From: Nageia nagi
Lineage: Eukaryota > Plantae > Pinophyta
Length of the DNA: 64,000 nt
NCBI GenBank assembly: GCA_050084985.1
Contig: JBITNC010000001.1
Coordinates: 26,474,001-26,538,000, forward strand
Reading direction: 5' to 3'
In this document: piece after piece, positions 36,901 through 52,099 of the stretch
Numbering within the stretch: the stretch's first letter is position 1
Layout: the number at the start of each line of letters is the position of its first letter
The notes under the pieces: model-generated
The model's input: the letters and a program-made list of their open reading frames with translations, nothing else
Database searches by the model: none
What the model was told of the DNA's origin: nothing
Translations under genes and position numbers: made by a program

Positions 36901-39890
36901 CCTTGGGAAGCAACATCAAGAACCTTTTCCTAAAGGTAAAGCTAATTGCGCCTCTTCTCTTTTAGAGTTGGTGCATAGTGACTTGATGATCTTTCCACAC
37001 CCATCCTTCATTGGAGCTCGGTATGCATTGACTTTTATTGATGATTTCTCGAGACGTACTTGGGTGTATTTTCTCAAGTACAAGAGTGATGTCTTTGCTC
37101 ACTTCAAAGTCTTCAAGGCTTTGGTCAAGAATCAGTCTTCCAGTTGTATCAAGAAGCTTCGCACAGACAATGGGGGAGAATACTTAATACTTCAGCATTG
37201 AGTTTTTAGAGTTCCTTGAGTAGTATGGAATAATTCATCAACATTTAGTTCCTCACACTCCACAGCAGAATGGAGTTGTAGAAAGAAAGAACAAAACACT
37301 GAAGGAGATGGCCAGTTGTATGATGCATTCCAAAGACTTGCCTTCTATTTTTTGGGCTAAGGCAGTCAATTGTGCGAACTACATCCAGAATCGCACTCCC
37401 ATCGGGCATTTGATCATATGACTCCTATAGAGGCTTGGAGTGGAACCAAGCCATATGTGTCATGCTTCAGAGTGTTTGGTAGTCATGCTTGGGCTTTCAT
37501 TCCGAAGACCAAGTGTAAGGCCTTGGATAAGAAGAGCAAACCTCTCATCTTTGTTGGCTATAGTGAGAGTATGAAGGTGTATTGACTGATTGATCTTGAT
37601 ATCCATGATCTCTTTTTCCACACTCATGTTCAGTTTAATGAGCACCTTCCTGATTCTCTCTCTTCATCTCCTTCCTCGGTCTTACCCTACTCCTGTGACA
37701 CATCTTCTGAGGCTTTCATGAGTAAGATATTCCTTAGGTTGTTTCTCCCACAACAACTATTGATTCTCCTACACCTACACCTCCTGTAGTTGTTGCTACT
37801 CCTATTCATGTTGCATCTTCTTCCATTGCTGGTAGTCGCATACCCAAATGGGATTGCTCTACACTTGAGGATGCAACACCTTTCATCAAGGATCTCCCTC
37901 CTTCTTGCCGCTATTCCACTGGTTCCAGTCTAGTTGGTCAAGCACATTCAAGTGATCCACAAACTTTTTCAAAGGCTCATGGTATACCGGAGTGGGATGA
38001 TGCCATGGCGGTTGATTATTCTTCCTTTTTGAAGAATAATAGTTGGGAGCTTGTTTCTCTTCCCCATGGGAGGAAGTTGTTTTGGTGTAAATGGGTGTAT
38101 CGAACCAAGTATGCAGCTGATGGTTCCATTGATAAGTATAAGGCTCGTCTTGTTGGTTCTCACAAGTTGAAGGGATTGACTACTCTAAGACCTTTTCCCC
38201 TGTGGCCAAGATGGATTCAATTCACCTTATACTTGCTTTTGCTGCTGCTCAGGGATGGTCAATTTTTCAGATGGATGTGAAGAGCGCGGAGCAGCTCGTC
38301 GGTTTTGTCCAGGATTCTTCACTTGTTTGTAGGCTTAAAAAATCTCTCTATGGCCTCAAACAAGCTCCTTGGGCATGGTATGAGAAGATGGATTCTTTTC
38401 TCCTCTCCATTGATTTTGTATGGTGTTCCTCCAACCCTGCAGTCTATATCTGGAGACATGGATCAGATACCACTATTTTGTGTTGTATGTTGATGACCTT
38501 CTTCTCACCAGCACCTTCCGCTCTCACATTTAGACAGTTTAACAGGCTCTCTCTGAGAGATTTGAGATGGTATACCTTGGACTTGCTCGTTACTTTCTTG
38601 GTTTTTAGGTGACATAGACAGATTGAGGGATTTCCATATCTTAGCAGAAATATGTCTTGGATCTTCTTCAACGGTGTAGGATGGTAGATTGCAATCCTTC
38701 TCCAACACCTTTTCAAAGTGGGGTAACTTTTACTTCCATTTGCATTTCACCGCTATGTGATGTTGCTTTGTCTCGCTAGTTGGTTGGAAGCCTTCTATAC
38801 CTCACCCATACTCGACCACATATTTCATATGTTGTTGGGCTTGTTTCTTGGTTTGTACAGACCCCTCATGAGTGTCATTGGCAGGAAGCCAAGAGAATTC
38901 TTTGATATATGAGGGGCAGTACCCACTTCGGTCTGCAGTAAACGAGAGGTGATCCAGTGTTGAGTGGATATACAGATTCTAATTGGGCTGGTTCTTTTGA
39001 TGATCATCGTTCCACTTGTCTATGTATTTTGTCTTGGTACTTCTCCCATTGCTTGGTCGTGCAAGAAGAGGTAGGCTATTGCACTATCATTGACTAAGGC
39101 AGAGTATAGAGTAGTTTTTTATGTGAGTCAAGAGGCACTTTGGCTTCAGTAGTTATTGGAGGAGTTTGGCTACCCCTAATCTCGGACCACAGTTCTTTGG
39201 TGTGACAACTAGAGCGCAATTCACATTTCGCTCAATCCTGTTGAGCATCAATGAACCAAACACATTGAGGTCCACATGTACTTCATCCGTCAACATATTC
39301 AGGATAGCATTCTCAGCTTGGAGTACATTCCTACAGAGCAGCAGATCACGAACATCTTCACTAAATCCTTTGCATTGCCTCGTTTCCTTGAGTTGCATGG
39401 CTTGCTTGGGGTGAAGGAAGTTGTCCTCAAGGGGTGTTGGTGAGGACATCTTCCTCTCCATCCTCCCTCTTCTACTGTGAGATGGTTTTTTCATCATCTT
39501 TCAGCAGATTCTTTGCACATATTGTACATGAGTACTTGATCAGGCCTTGTTGCCAGGACTCATTTTTTGTGGATGTGCCACTTTACCGCCTTGTTCACTT
39601 AAGGGGGAGTGTTAGAGTATTAAAATCACTTAGGAGTATTTATTTATTTCCTAGGTCTTATTTCTAGCCTGTTTGTTGTGGTGATAACCACTTCTTTGTC
39701 ACTTTGTGGATTTTTTCTTCACGCATGTTTGGCATGCTTTTGTACACTAGCTTGTATTTTCCCTATTTATTTGGGCTCCATTCTTATTTCAGATTGATCA
39801 GTTCCAGGATTCTAGCTTCTTTCGTTGTTCTTATTGTGCTCTTGCATTTTTCTTTCTGAGTTTGATTTTCTCTCCTTGCAAGTCTTCACA
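33991..39890 (+). mobile_element. Full-length degenerate Ty1/Copia retrotransposon
   Basis: 281-bp LTRs at 33991-34271 and 39610-39890 (roughly 9-10% diverged by eye); PBS TGGTACCAGAGC, PPT AAGGGGGAG, TSD GAGAG/GAGGG. Zinc knuckle CSYCGKLGH, protease WVMDSGASHHM, integrase LELVHSDL/RTDNGGEY, RT LKKSLYGLKQAP and RNase H occur in Copia order. Confidence 0.95.
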
Positions 39891-42800
39891 GAGGGTGGAC
39901 GAATCTCCCTAAAGCCAAGGATTCACCAAAACAACCCTCTCCAAGTGCTACAATCCTTCTCAAGCTTGTTTGTGTTGGGATGCTTTTCTTTTCCGCGCGG
40001 GACACTCTGAATATCGCGGGCAAAACTTAGGAGATCCCAAGCAACATAGTTGGGAATGCATTACCAATTCCCCTGGTTGAAAAGGATTGTGTACGTCCAA
40101 GGCTCTTATTGAAACACCCTGTCCAGCGACCCCAACATTGTTATGTTGTAAGGTGTGTTCGCTAGGTGTGTTTCGGGATAGGGATAGATAAATAAAAGGT
40201 GCAGTATCCCTCTTTGGAATTAGCCTCAATGGAATGGAATGAAAGGTATGTAGTCTTTTAACCAACGATGTTTTATTCTTTGATGTATAGAGTTTGTTCG
40301 GAACTTTTGTGCATGGACGTAATGATTGTATTAGGGTTTGAAAGCATAAAGGAAAAATGTTAAGATGTGAAGGACAACACCTTGGAGAAAGAAATGGATA
40401 CTTGGTTGGATTATGAGTTCGAGGTTCACTGACAGGAAAGTGTCTAAGAGTTGATCTCTTTCGAATCGGTTAAGGACTCTTCATCCAATTCATCCAACCT
40501 TGCAAGCAACCAACTTCATGTTCGAATTGCTTCAAAGATGAGCAGGGAGAAACATCAAATGGATGGAAACAAGAGTTTCAAGATGAGAGGATCATGGGTT
40601 TGGATGAAGGACCTAACAAGATGTCATGAAAGTAGAAATTTGACATAGAATACCCAATCAACTTGCGTGTTAAGGATCAAGCAACAAACATAGGTAGACT
40701 TCAAGTACTTTTTAAAGTTTTTTCAAAGATAACTTCCCTAAAGCTCTTGAGCTTTCAAAAGAATAAAATGAAAGTACACAAATCCACTATGAGTGCCCTC
40801 AAAGAATTAATCAATAACACCAATGTGAAAAGTTTCAAACTCAAGTCTTTGCTTTAACCACTTTGTATTAATTTGAAAAAGAGTCATGCAACGATACATC
40901 AAGTTGCTACTCTCTTACAAAAGTTCTCTCTCCAAGCTTGAAGTATTTTGCTTCAAAATGAAGTCCTTACAAAAATGAGACCCTTGGTCTCTTACTTATA
41001 GAGTTTGGAAGCCCTAAAACTGACTTTTGAAACCCTAGAAATGAGTTTCAAAACCCTAACCCTAATTACGAAATTAAAAGCTAATTAAAAATGCTAAATA
41101 GAGATTACAATTGAACGTAGTGGAAATCCACTAAGTTGGCCAAATATTTGGCATATGTATCAAAAATTTGCCAAAATAGACTCCTTTGTATTCTGGCGAT
41201 TGTGGGAAGATGACTTGCATGTTTGTGGCGATTTTGGCTTCAAAGTCATCTCCCATGAACGCTTCTACATTCCTAATGGCACGATGGATTGTTTGGAGAG
41301 CTCCTTCGTTTGATAGCAGGTGCTCCAAGATGGCCTTATTGGTTTTGACCATTTCCTTGCTCCAATTAGCCAATCTCATCCCTCCTATCATTTGTTTTCC
41401 TATTTTTAGGCTATGTGGATCCTCAGAACATATATGCTTTATGATAGTGGCGTGGATCATTGTCATCATTGTCATATACTCCTTAATGCTACCATTTTCC
41501 TCAAACAAGGTTACCTGGAATTCGTATTCCCTTGCCTGTTTATTGATGACGGCTTTGAGCTGGTTTCTGGTGTATATGAAGTCAGTGGACTTGGCTTTGA
41601 TATAGAACAAGTAATCGTATAGTTGGAACCAATCTATGCAAAAATCCAACACGAAAGGATGATGGGTTTCCCTTCTTCGTATGTCTAGTATTGTAGGGCA
41701 CCCATTCTTCCATCTGATGATCAATTGGTCTATTTTCTCCGCTTGAGAATGCGACCTGTCCTTCTCAATATAAAAATTTACCTTGCTTGAGTGGAGTGCT
41801 TTGATGGCCTCAATGAGGTTCTTGGTCCATCCTTGTTTTAGGGCAGTTATTTCAGTATTTAAGTCAACCTGCTTTTTGATGTCTTCAACTATCAAATTAG
41901 AAGCCTTGACTTCTTTGTCGATCATTTTCTACCTCGCCACTATCTTCTTCAGCTTTCGGTTCTCTAACTTCAATAACATACCAGATTCCCTCAATGCCTG
42001 TGCATTTGTGATGATGTTGTGCTCCATTCCCAATTGGCCAACAATCTTTGTAGGGGCCTCTTCTGTCTCGATGGTGAGGGCAAACTTTCTGGTACTAGCC
42101 TTGTTTTTCCTTGAGTAGAGCTTATCCTTATAGGTGACTTTTCCTACAGTGGTGATAAGAGTATCAATTTGCTAAAGTTCCTCATTTTCATCTTCGGAAT
42201 CTTCTCTTTCGCAGGGATGATTTGAACTCAAATTGGCCATCATTGCAACCATGTCGAAGCGGGGTTCCATAGGTTGTTTTCTGTAGGGAACCATCTCTTT
42301 GTCTTCAATGATCTCAACATCATGCTCTACTTGTCTTCTTTTTCTCCTCTATTCTTCATTTTCTCTCTCATCCTCCTGATTTCCATCGTCTCCCCTTGAA
42401 GATGACGCCATTGCCCTGGGTCTTGAAGTACCCTTTTGAGCTGATGTTGTTGTGGTTCTCCGAGATGGTGGTGTTTGCGATGCCTGTTTTGAGGAGCAGA
42501 TTTTGGGGTAGCCTCTCCTACTGCTTGCTGTACAATCATATCAGCTGAGGGATTGCCTTCACTAAGGATCTCTACTAAATGATCAATGTTGACCCGCTCA
42601 AAGGCAGTATCTTGGTTTATCTCCATGTCGGTGTTGATGATTGCAGCAAAATCCATCTCTTCATCGGTCTTTGATGAGTCACTTAGTCCATATTTATCGG
42701 AACTGGATGATGATGTGTAGGGTTTTTGATTCAGGTGCATACCACTCCGGTTCAAACCTTGCGGGAGATTTATCTTTTTTTGCAAGTGTTTGAATGGTTG

Positions 42801-42927
42801 AGAGATCAGGCCTACTCTTCTGAGGTCCAGGATTTCATTTCTCGTACTTGTGATAGTTGTTTCAATGGTTTGTCCAGGGATGCTATTGGTAGCATACTGC
42901 CCGTTCTATCCTTGAGCCAGGGTTACT

Positions 42928-45900
42928 TGTAATGTTCCAAAAATAAATATTTTGTAAATGTCTCCTACGCTTAATTATAAAAGTGGAAAAGGGGTTCATG
43001 TGACTAGGAGACATAACTTAAGTTGTGTTTATTTATGTTTTATATTTTTATTTTTTTGTAATAAGGTACTTTAAGTGATTTTAGGGTTAGGAGATGTCAA
43101 CTCCAAATTAGAACCTCATTCTATAAAAGGAAGTGAGCATCTCATTTGGAGGATGTTATGTGATATGAGAATTGAATATTGAAACCCTAGAGTTTCCATG
43201 AGTTGAGATTGCAGGTCTTGCTCATTCCCATAGTGCATTGGAGGTGCATGGTTGGGGACTTGGCAATATCATTGAAGGTGTTATTGCCCTAAAATATAAA
43301 AAATACAAAAAGAGGCATCTGTGAGTGGTTCGTGGCATTTCTTTTGGGGAGGGATTCACTCAGTTTGAAAAGTTTGTATCTGCATTTTTAGTTTCGTGAG
43401 GATTCCATTTGTCCATTCCAACTTTGTATTGGTTTGGAAATATTTAATATATATGATACTGGCTGATTTCTCCTCATACTAGTGTTATTTTATGAGCAAT
43501 TTCTGAGTTATTTTATTGCTGCAATTTATTTTTGCATTTTTATATTGAGGGTTTGCTAGAAATAAAGAAATAAAAATAAAAGGAACATCACAAGTGGTAT
43601 CAGAGCTTGGATCTTGCCAGCTTGTGGTTAGATCTAACATTTTTCAAAGATTTGGAGAGTTTTTGTAGAAAATTCAGATTTTCAGTTTCCAGCATCTGGG
43701 TATTGAAGAAATTTGGGTGATCTGCATTTTAAAAGCAATTTTCAGAGTCAAAAAGGCATTTTTTTTAAGAAATCTGCATTCCTAGACTAAGTCGTCTAGG
43801 TTTGGGAGAAAAAATTTGCAGGATTGAAAGCTATTTTCAAGCCCAAAAAGTCTTGATCTATTATTCTAGCCAGAAAAAAGTCTTGAGAATTCAAGGCAGA
43901 ATTGGAGTTGTGTTTTCTTTGAATTAGGGTTTTCAGAAAAATTAGGGATTTCAGAAATTTTTTGTGGGTATTTCAGATTCATGTTAAAAAGTGCTTTTCT
44001 ATGGTGAAAATTTATGCCCTGGTGAAAATTGCGGATTTTTAGGGGATTCGCGGATTTTTAGGGATGTGTATTAGAAAATAAAAATTGCAGATTTGGATAC
44101 CCTTTTGGCCAAATTGAAGATTTGTGGCTTCAGAAAAAATTTGGTGGTAAGAATTTTTCAGTATTTCAAAATTCCATTCTTTTGAAGGTTTGATAGGGTT
44201 TTATGCATCGTCCCCCTATTCATCAGTATTTTACTAGGAAAAACAAACTTGCTTTGGAAATGGCAAACAAGGCAGAGGATGAGGAGCCCCAAAGGCCAGT
44301 TGATAGGACTGAGCAAAAGTTCGATGCCCTACTTAACATGATGCAAAGAATGGTGTCCTTACAAGAGACAAATCAGCAAGAATTGAGGGCAGCTTTGGGC
44401 AAGCCAAATGGCACAAGGAGGGAAGGAGAAAGGGGGAAAAACAACAATGGGCATGAGTCATCATCTAATTCACATACTCCCTTGCCTAGGCCATCCAAGC
44501 CTATGTTTCTTGCTCCACCACCTTCACCAGAGGAAGATGAGGTAACTGATGAATTAGATGAATGGTTTGCTGCTTATAGTAATAAATCTGAAGGTTTTAG
44601 GGCAGCAGTTTCTTTTGATAAATATTTGAAGATTGTGGGTAAATCTGTTGTTGAGGCTAAAAAAGAGAAAAAGAAACCCTTATTGCATCAAAAGGTGACC
44701 ATTCCCTCATTTAATGGTCAAGATGGTCTCACAGCTAAGGCATGGCTTCAAAAATTGCAAACTTATTTTACCTTGGAGCCTATTTCTGAAGCTGATGCAG
44801 TTCAGATTGCTACACTTCACCTTGAGGGTAGTGCTTACTTATGGTGGCATCATGGGTTAGTAACCCAAGGGCACAGTGATATTGATATATTTGATGAGTT
44901 TTGTGTTAGGGTTTTGAACAGGTTTGAAAGATGGAATGTGGAAGAGTATTTTAAGGAGCTTGCCACTTTGAAGCAAACTTCATCCATTCATGCCTATGTG
45001 GAGGAGTTTGAGCAACTTTTAGTTCAGGTCCAAAACATATCACCCAAGAGGGTAATTTTTCTTTTTATGGATGGTTTATTGGAACCTTTGAAAGGGCTAG
45101 TTAAGGCTTTTGAGCCAGTTACTCTTGATGATGCCATTAAGAGGGCTTTGAACTTGGAATCTGTTTTACCTCCTAGGCAGAAATATGTTGCACATAACAC
45201 ATCTGTTAGACCACATTTTGCAGCTAGGAAAACAGGTTTTGGACTGCAGTATGGACAATCAGGAAATCTCACGCAGCAAGGTGGAAATGAAAGGAATTTT
45301 TATGGCAAGAATCCCATGCATAGAGAGGGTTTCAGATCTGGTTTTCAGCCATCTAATAAGCCTCCAAATGGACCACGCTTGACACAAGAAGAGAAATATG
45401 AGCTAAGGAAACAAAACAAGTGTTTCATTTGCAAGTCTCCTTGGCAAAGAGGTCATAAATGTAGAGAAGGAGGTATGAAAATCATTGAATTACATTCTGA
45501 TTCTGATTCTGATAATTCTGATTTTTATGAGGCAGATGAGACACCTTTGGAAGAGGAAGCACAAAGGGAGTATGACGAAGTTCCTGAAGGTTCCCTAGCC
45601 ACTTTGAGTGGGTTGAATGAGTTTCGCACTATTAAAGTACCAGGTAGATCTTTTGATGAGAAGGTTATTGTTTTAATAGATGGTGGTGCTACTTACAATT
45701 TTGTTGATGAGAAGTTTGCCACTAGAAAGAATCTTCCTACAACTATCATTCCTGGTTTTAGTGTTGCTATTGGCAATGGTGATCTTATCACTTGCAACAA
45801 AGTGGTAAGAAACATAAAAATTAATTTTGGCAACATGGAAGTAGATGAGCAATTCTTTGTTTTTCCCTTAGGAGGCATTCCACATATGGTTTTGGGTGTG

Positions 45901-48900
45901 CAATGGTTATATTCACTTGGTGATTATGTTACTAATTATCAAAAATTAGAACTGAAATTTGTGCTTGAAGAGAAAGAAGTGGTGTTGCAAGGAATAAAGG
46001 AAAATGGGCCAAAAGATTCTTGCAAAATTTTGGATGTCTCTTGCAAAAGAATGGAGAGATTGATGAGGCATAGAGACATTGAATGGGCAGCTGTAATTTT
46101 TAGCACAGAAGGGAAAAAATCAACCACCTATCATCCTCAAATTCAAGGTTTGCTACAAAAACATCTTAAGGTATTTTCTGACCTACCTAAAGGTTTGCCA
46201 CCTAGTAGAGGTTTTCAACATGTTATTGAATTGGAAGCAAATAGTAAACCTGTTATAATAAAACCTTATAGGCATCCAAAGGTTTTTAAAGATAAGATTG
46301 AGAAAACAATTGCTGAATTGCTTGAGAGTGGACACATTAGACCTAGTTGTAGTCCTTTTGCCTCACCTATTGTTTTAGTGAAAAAGAAAGATGGAACTAT
46401 GAGAATGTGCTTTGATTATAGGGCATTGAATAAAAAAACCATAAAAAATAGATATCCTATTCCTAGAGTTGATGAATTGATAGATGAGTTACATGGGGCT
46501 AAGTATTTTTCAAAAATTGATCTTAGATCAAGATATCATCAGATTCGTATGAAGGATGAGGATGTGTATAAAACAGCATTTAGATGCTATTGTGGACACT
46601 ATGAGTTTATGGTTATGCCTTTTGGATTGACTAATGCACCTGCCACTTTTCAATCAACCATGAATCAAATTTTCAGTCAGCATTTGAGGCGCTTTGTCTT
46701 GGTATTTTTTGATGATATTTTGGTATATAGCAAAAATTGGGATGATCATTTACAACATTTAGATTCAGTTTTGAGCATTTTAGGACAGCAAGAGTTTTAT
46801 GCAAAAGAATCTAAGTGTGAATTTGCTATGACTGAAATTTTGTACTTGGGGCATATTATTTGCAAAGATGGGGTGAAAGTTGATCAAGCTAAAGTTTCAG
46901 CTGTACAAAGATGGCATATAGCATCCAACCTAACAGAATTGAGAGGTTTTGTGGGATTATGTAGTTACTACAGGAGGTTCATTAAGGGGTTTTCATCTTT
47001 GGCTGCTCCCCTTACTGAATTGACTAAGAAAGGGGCTTTTTCATGGTCCAATGAGGCTCTTCTAAGTTTTCTAAAGTTGAAGGATGTAATGACTTCCACT
47101 CCTTTACTTGCTATTCCTAATTTTTCTGTTGCTTTTACTATTGCTTGTGATGCTTCAGATGCTGGAGTTAGAGCTGTACTTATGCAACAAGGACGCCTCA
47201 TTGCCTATGAGAGTAGAAAGCTCTCAAATGTGGAGAAAACTTTCAGCATCTATGATAAAGAGATGCTAGCTATCATGCATGCCTTGACCAAATTCAAGCA
47301 ATACTTGGTGTGTGGCAAGTTTGTGGTCAAAATTGATCATAACAGTTTGAAATACTTCTTGGGACAAGCTGACCTAAATGAAAGACAACAAAAATGGGTA
47401 ACAAAGTTGCAATCATATGATTTTGAAATTGAATTTGTAAAGGGTAAGAAGAATTCAGCAGCTGATGCACTTTCTAGGCACCCTACTTTTCATTCTTTTT
47501 CCATTATTTCTGCTGATTGGAAAGTAAAAATTATGGCTGAATATGCGAAGCATGATTTTTTCTCTAAACTAATAAATGGGCAAGTTGAAGATGATAGGTT
47601 CAGCCATAAAGAAGACTGATTTTCTGCAAGGGAAGAGTGTTTTTAGTACCTGAATCAAAGTTGAAACAAACTTTAATGACAGCCATGCATAATGCTCCAC
47701 TTGTAGGCCATCCAGGTTTCTACAAGACTTACAAACAGGTTAGAGAAAGATTCTATTGGAAGGGTTTGAAAAGAGATGTTTTCTTGCATGTTCAGGAATG
47801 TGTTATTTGCCAAGAAAATAAGGGAGAACATGAATTTTCAGCTAGTTTACTTCAGCCACTTCCTATTCCCAATCAGAAATGGGAAAGTATCTCCATGGAT
47901 TTCATTACTGGTTTGCCCAAGGTATACATGAAGGATTGCATATTCGTTGTTGTTGATAGATTGACAAAATTTGCTCATTTCTATGCCATTTCAGCAACTT
48001 ATACAGCCATACAAGTTGCTGATTTGTTTTTTAAAGAAGTTTTTAGATTGCATGGTTTGCCTAGATCCATTGTGAGTGATAGGGACAAAAGATTTTTGAG
48101 CATGTTTTGGCAAGAATTGTTTAAGCTATGTGGTACTAAATTGACTCCTAGTACTAGCTACCATCCCAAACTGATGGGCAAACTGAAATTGTTAACAAAT
48201 GGCTTGAAGGGTATTTGAGAAATTATGTTTCAAGTCAGCAAAGTGCATGGGTTAAATGGCTGCACCTTGGTGAATACTGCTACAATTCTACTTATCATAT
48301 GTCCATAAAAATGTCTCCATTCAAGGCATTTTATGGTTATGATGCACCACACTTTTCAGATTGATTTTTGGTGATTCAAAGGTCCAAAAAGCTAGAGACT
48401 TTGCAGCAGAAAATCAAGCTATTCTTAATGCTTTGAAGGATAATATTCTTATGGCACAAAATCAGCAAAAGAAGTATGCAGATCAACAACGTAGTCAGCG
48501 CTCATTTGAGGTGGGTGACTTGGTTTATGTTAGGTTGCAGCCCTACAAACAGTCCACATTGAAGAAGAGTGGAGCAGAGAAGGTAAAACCCAAGTTCTAT
48601 GGGCCTTACAAGGTGATTAGTAAGGTTGGACAGGTTGCATATGCTTTGGAACTTCCAAGTGAGAGTAAGATACACAATGTTTTTCATGTTTCTTGCTTGA
48701 AAAAGGCTTTAGGCCAACATGTTCAGCCATCTTCAGATTTGCCACCTCTTGATGATGAAGGAAAGCTCATTCTTGAACCTGAATTGATCCTTGAGACAAG
48801 GGAGAAAAAGCTTAGGAGTAGGACTATCAAAGAATATCTTGTGAAGTGGAAGAACTTGCCTGTGGAGGATGCTACTTGGGAAGGTGCAAAAATTTTAGAT

Positions 48901-49615
48901 GATCCAACTTTGACTTTGCTTGAGGACAAGCAATTTGAGGAGGGTGGACTTGTAATGTTCCAAAAATAAATATTTTGTAAATGTCTCCTACACTTAATTA
49001 TAAAAGTGGAAAAGGGGTTCATGTGACTAGAAGACATAACTTAAGTTGTGTTTATTTATGTTTTATATTTTTATTTTTTTGTAATAAGGTACTTTAAGTG
49101 ATTTTAGGGTTAGGAGATGTCAACTCCAAATTAGAACCTCATTCTATAAAAGGAAGTGAGCATCTCATTTGGAGGATGTTATGTGATATGCGAATTGAAT
49201 ATTGAAACCCTAGAGTTTCCATGAGTTGAGATTGCATGTCTTGCTCATTCCCATAGTGCATTGGAGGTGCATGGTTGGGGACTTGGCAATATCATTGAAG
49301 GTGTTATTGCCCTAAAATATAAAAAATACAAAAAGAGGCATCTGTGAGTGGTTCGTGGCATTTCTTTTTAGGAGGGATTCACTCAGTTTGGAAAGTTTGT
49401 ATCTGCATTTTTAGTTTCGTGAGGATTCCATTTGTCCATTCTAGCTTTGTATTGGTTTGGAAATATTTAATATATATGATACTGGCTGATTTCTCCTCAT
49501 ACTAGTGTTATTTTATGAGCAATTTCTGAGTTATTTTATTGCTGCAATTTATTTTTGCATTTTTATATTGAGGGTTTGCTAGAAATAAAGAAATAAAAAT
49601 AAAACGAACATCACA
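42928..49615 (+). mobile_element. Near-intact Gypsy chromovirus G2 (IFG/Reina-like)
   Basis: 665-bp LTRs at 42928-43592 and 48951-49615 (~10 differences); PBS 43595-43606, PPT; TSD TTACT/TTACA. Confidence 0.97.
44203..48969 (+). pseudogene. G2 gag-pol polyprotein (gag-PR-RT-RH-IN-chromodomain) with frameshifts after 47619
   Basis: 1138-aa ORF with CFICKSPWQRGHKC, LIDGGATYNF, FFDDIL and ACDAS. Downstream fragments carry integrase (SMDFITGLP, SDRD, GPY) and chromodomain (EYLVKWKNLPVEDATWE); the stop lies inside the 3' LTR. Confidence 0.95.
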
Positions 49616-52099
49616 TTACAGAAGAGGATATTATGGGAATAACATACCCGTGGCTTGGGGATATGGTGACCCATGCATTGGCTCTTAACTTGGCAGCTTC
49701 TTCGGATTCATGCTGTTTTTGTTCTTTTTTCAGCTCCTTGTGAATCCGTTGAACTTGCAGGGCATCCTAAATGTTCATGTACCTCTCGATGCTACCAAGG
49801 GATTGGTGTGGATATGATGAGCTCCAACTCTTTTGGAAGAATGCATCAATCATTCCAATGGAATCATAGTGATCTGCAACTACTTCTATCGGGAATTCAT
49901 AAAACGCCAGTTCTTGTTTGATCATTTCAATCTGTCGCCAGGTGCTGCATTCATAATTCTTGATGAGAATAGGTAATTGGTAAGTGGTCGCCGCCTTCTT
50001 TACCCATACCTTATTGTATACGTTTAGCAAGTGTCTTGAAAATTCTATAAGGATGATACGATCACTTGCATAACGGGGTAGCCTGTAAGGGGCTTCTTTG
50101 GAGCCATAGACCTTTAGGTAGGTGAACTGTTATGTCTTCTGCAAAGAAGTCTACATGTCCCTTGATAGTGGCTAAAGCCTCTTTGGATATTCTGAATACG
50201 TTGGCTCTACCTAGGATCTCTTCGTAAATTTGGCCTTCAATACCATCGGTCATCATCGTTCAGTTTCCAGTATTCCATTTATTATGAGCACAGATCCAGG
50301 GGTAATTTTCCCACACTAGATGTGTAGGGTTGTATAGATATTGGGTATTGGCAATTGAAGTTACCCTCTCCCTAACATGAAGGAGTAGGAAAACTAGGTA
50401 GGAGCTCATATAGAATTTCTTGCTCTTCTGAATGTGTTTCAGGTGCTGAGCCAAGGAATCACTAATTACTCTGCTCCACCTAACACCTTTGCCGCTACTG
50501 ATTAGCACTATAAACCCTGCAAATTTCGGCTGGAATTTGGTGTCATCTTTTTGTCCATCACTCTGGAAAACATGGATATTAGTCTGGAAACTACTAGATA
50601 GAACTCTCCTCTGTTTGGCATTGCTAAGGCTCTCCTTGTGAGATGCTTGTGATCATCGGCCAACCAATCTTTGATCAAATCAGCTAGAGGTTGTAGACCT
50701 TTGTAGAACTTCAAGGAGTCTTGCATGCTGTATGATAGGCCTTCACCCTTCCAAGCGAATTCCTTTTCTATTCCTTCCTTGCAGAAGTCCATGATTACCT
50801 CATTTCCTCTATCAAGGAGTCTCCACTCTTGGATGTTGCAATGCTATCCTAGCTCGTAGCACAACTTAGGGAAGGGGGTGGCACGTGACACCATAGAAGC
50901 TGATACTAGTAAGGAAGTTTTCAAGGTGTCCTTCACTATCGAAGCTGGATCCAATGTATGTATTTTCATTAGAGTTTTAATTGGATTGAGGGAGTTACAG
51001 TCTGTATCTCCGATCTCACTTAGTTGGTCAATGATTCTTGCGGTGGGCATCATGGGCTCTGACGTATGTTCAAGAGTGATGGGACTATCCATCGTGAGCC
51101 TTTTTTGCTTCCTGTCTTTGATATTCTGAGCAACTAATGCCATCTTGTTCCTGTCTAAGAGAACAACATAGTGTTAGAGGAGTCTTGGGAAGCTTGTGGC
51201 ACTTTCTAGGCAAGCTAAGAGAATTTTTCAAAAAATTGGGATTTTGGGCATTTTTTTCTCTAAGTGTACCATCATCGAAAAATGTCAAGGTTTGCAATTT
51301 TCAAATTCTTTTGGATGAGTTTAAGATGACATAAAGGTAGCTGCCTCAAAGGGGAATGCCTTGGCAAAAAAATAGGAGGATTGGAGAATTTCCAAGTTTT
51401 TCTCAAAAAAGTTGACTTTTTCAACAGGAAATAGTGGTGAAATTTGGCAAAATTGGCAAATGGTGCCGGAATCAAGTTCTAACACCTTAGATGGATGGGG
51501 AATGAATGGGGAAGGTGTTTCAGACTTTGAAATGGCTAAAACAGGTTTCAGAAACAATTTTTGGAGTTTTCTAAAAAAAATTTGGATTTTTTTAATTTTT
51601 TTTCAAGAAATGAGATTTTGAGCACTAAGATTTTGGATTTGATGATTTTTTTGTGTTTTTTTAACTGAAAATAAAAGTTGATTACATGGATAAAGGGTAT
51701 CCGAAAAAGTGATCAAATTTGGAATCTGAAAAAATAAATTTTCAAGTGTTTTGAGTGTTTGAAAAAAACGTTTTTGTGAAAAATCCTCAAAACTTGGAAA
51801 AAATGTAGTTCATATGGATGGAGGATGCTTGGATTTTGAATTTTAATGGAGTTTGGGTAAATTGCCAAGATACTAAGTGTTTGAAAAATCTTCAAAGGCT
51901 GGAAAAATGGCTTCTTTTCTCACTTGACTCTCAAATTCTCAAAAATTTGGTTAGCATAAGGGTGCAAAAATGAGAGGTGAGCAAAATGGAGGGGGTATGG
52001 TCATATTTATAGAGCTAGAGGGGTTAAAAGTGCCACATGTCACTTCCACATCAACCATAGAGCTCAACACTTGCACTTTGGACTATTCCCTCTCAAACC

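Larger units (their letters stand above)
41131..51143 (-). pseudogene. Decayed ~1,100-codon homologue of the X/Y ORF, split by G2 (51143-49616 + 42927-41131)
   Basis: IGDTDCNSLNPI, VIMDFCKEGIEKEFAW and RWSRVISDSLAQHL..KKFYMSSYLVFLLLH match X/Y; the C-terminal 264-aa fragment is still open. Confidence 0.85.
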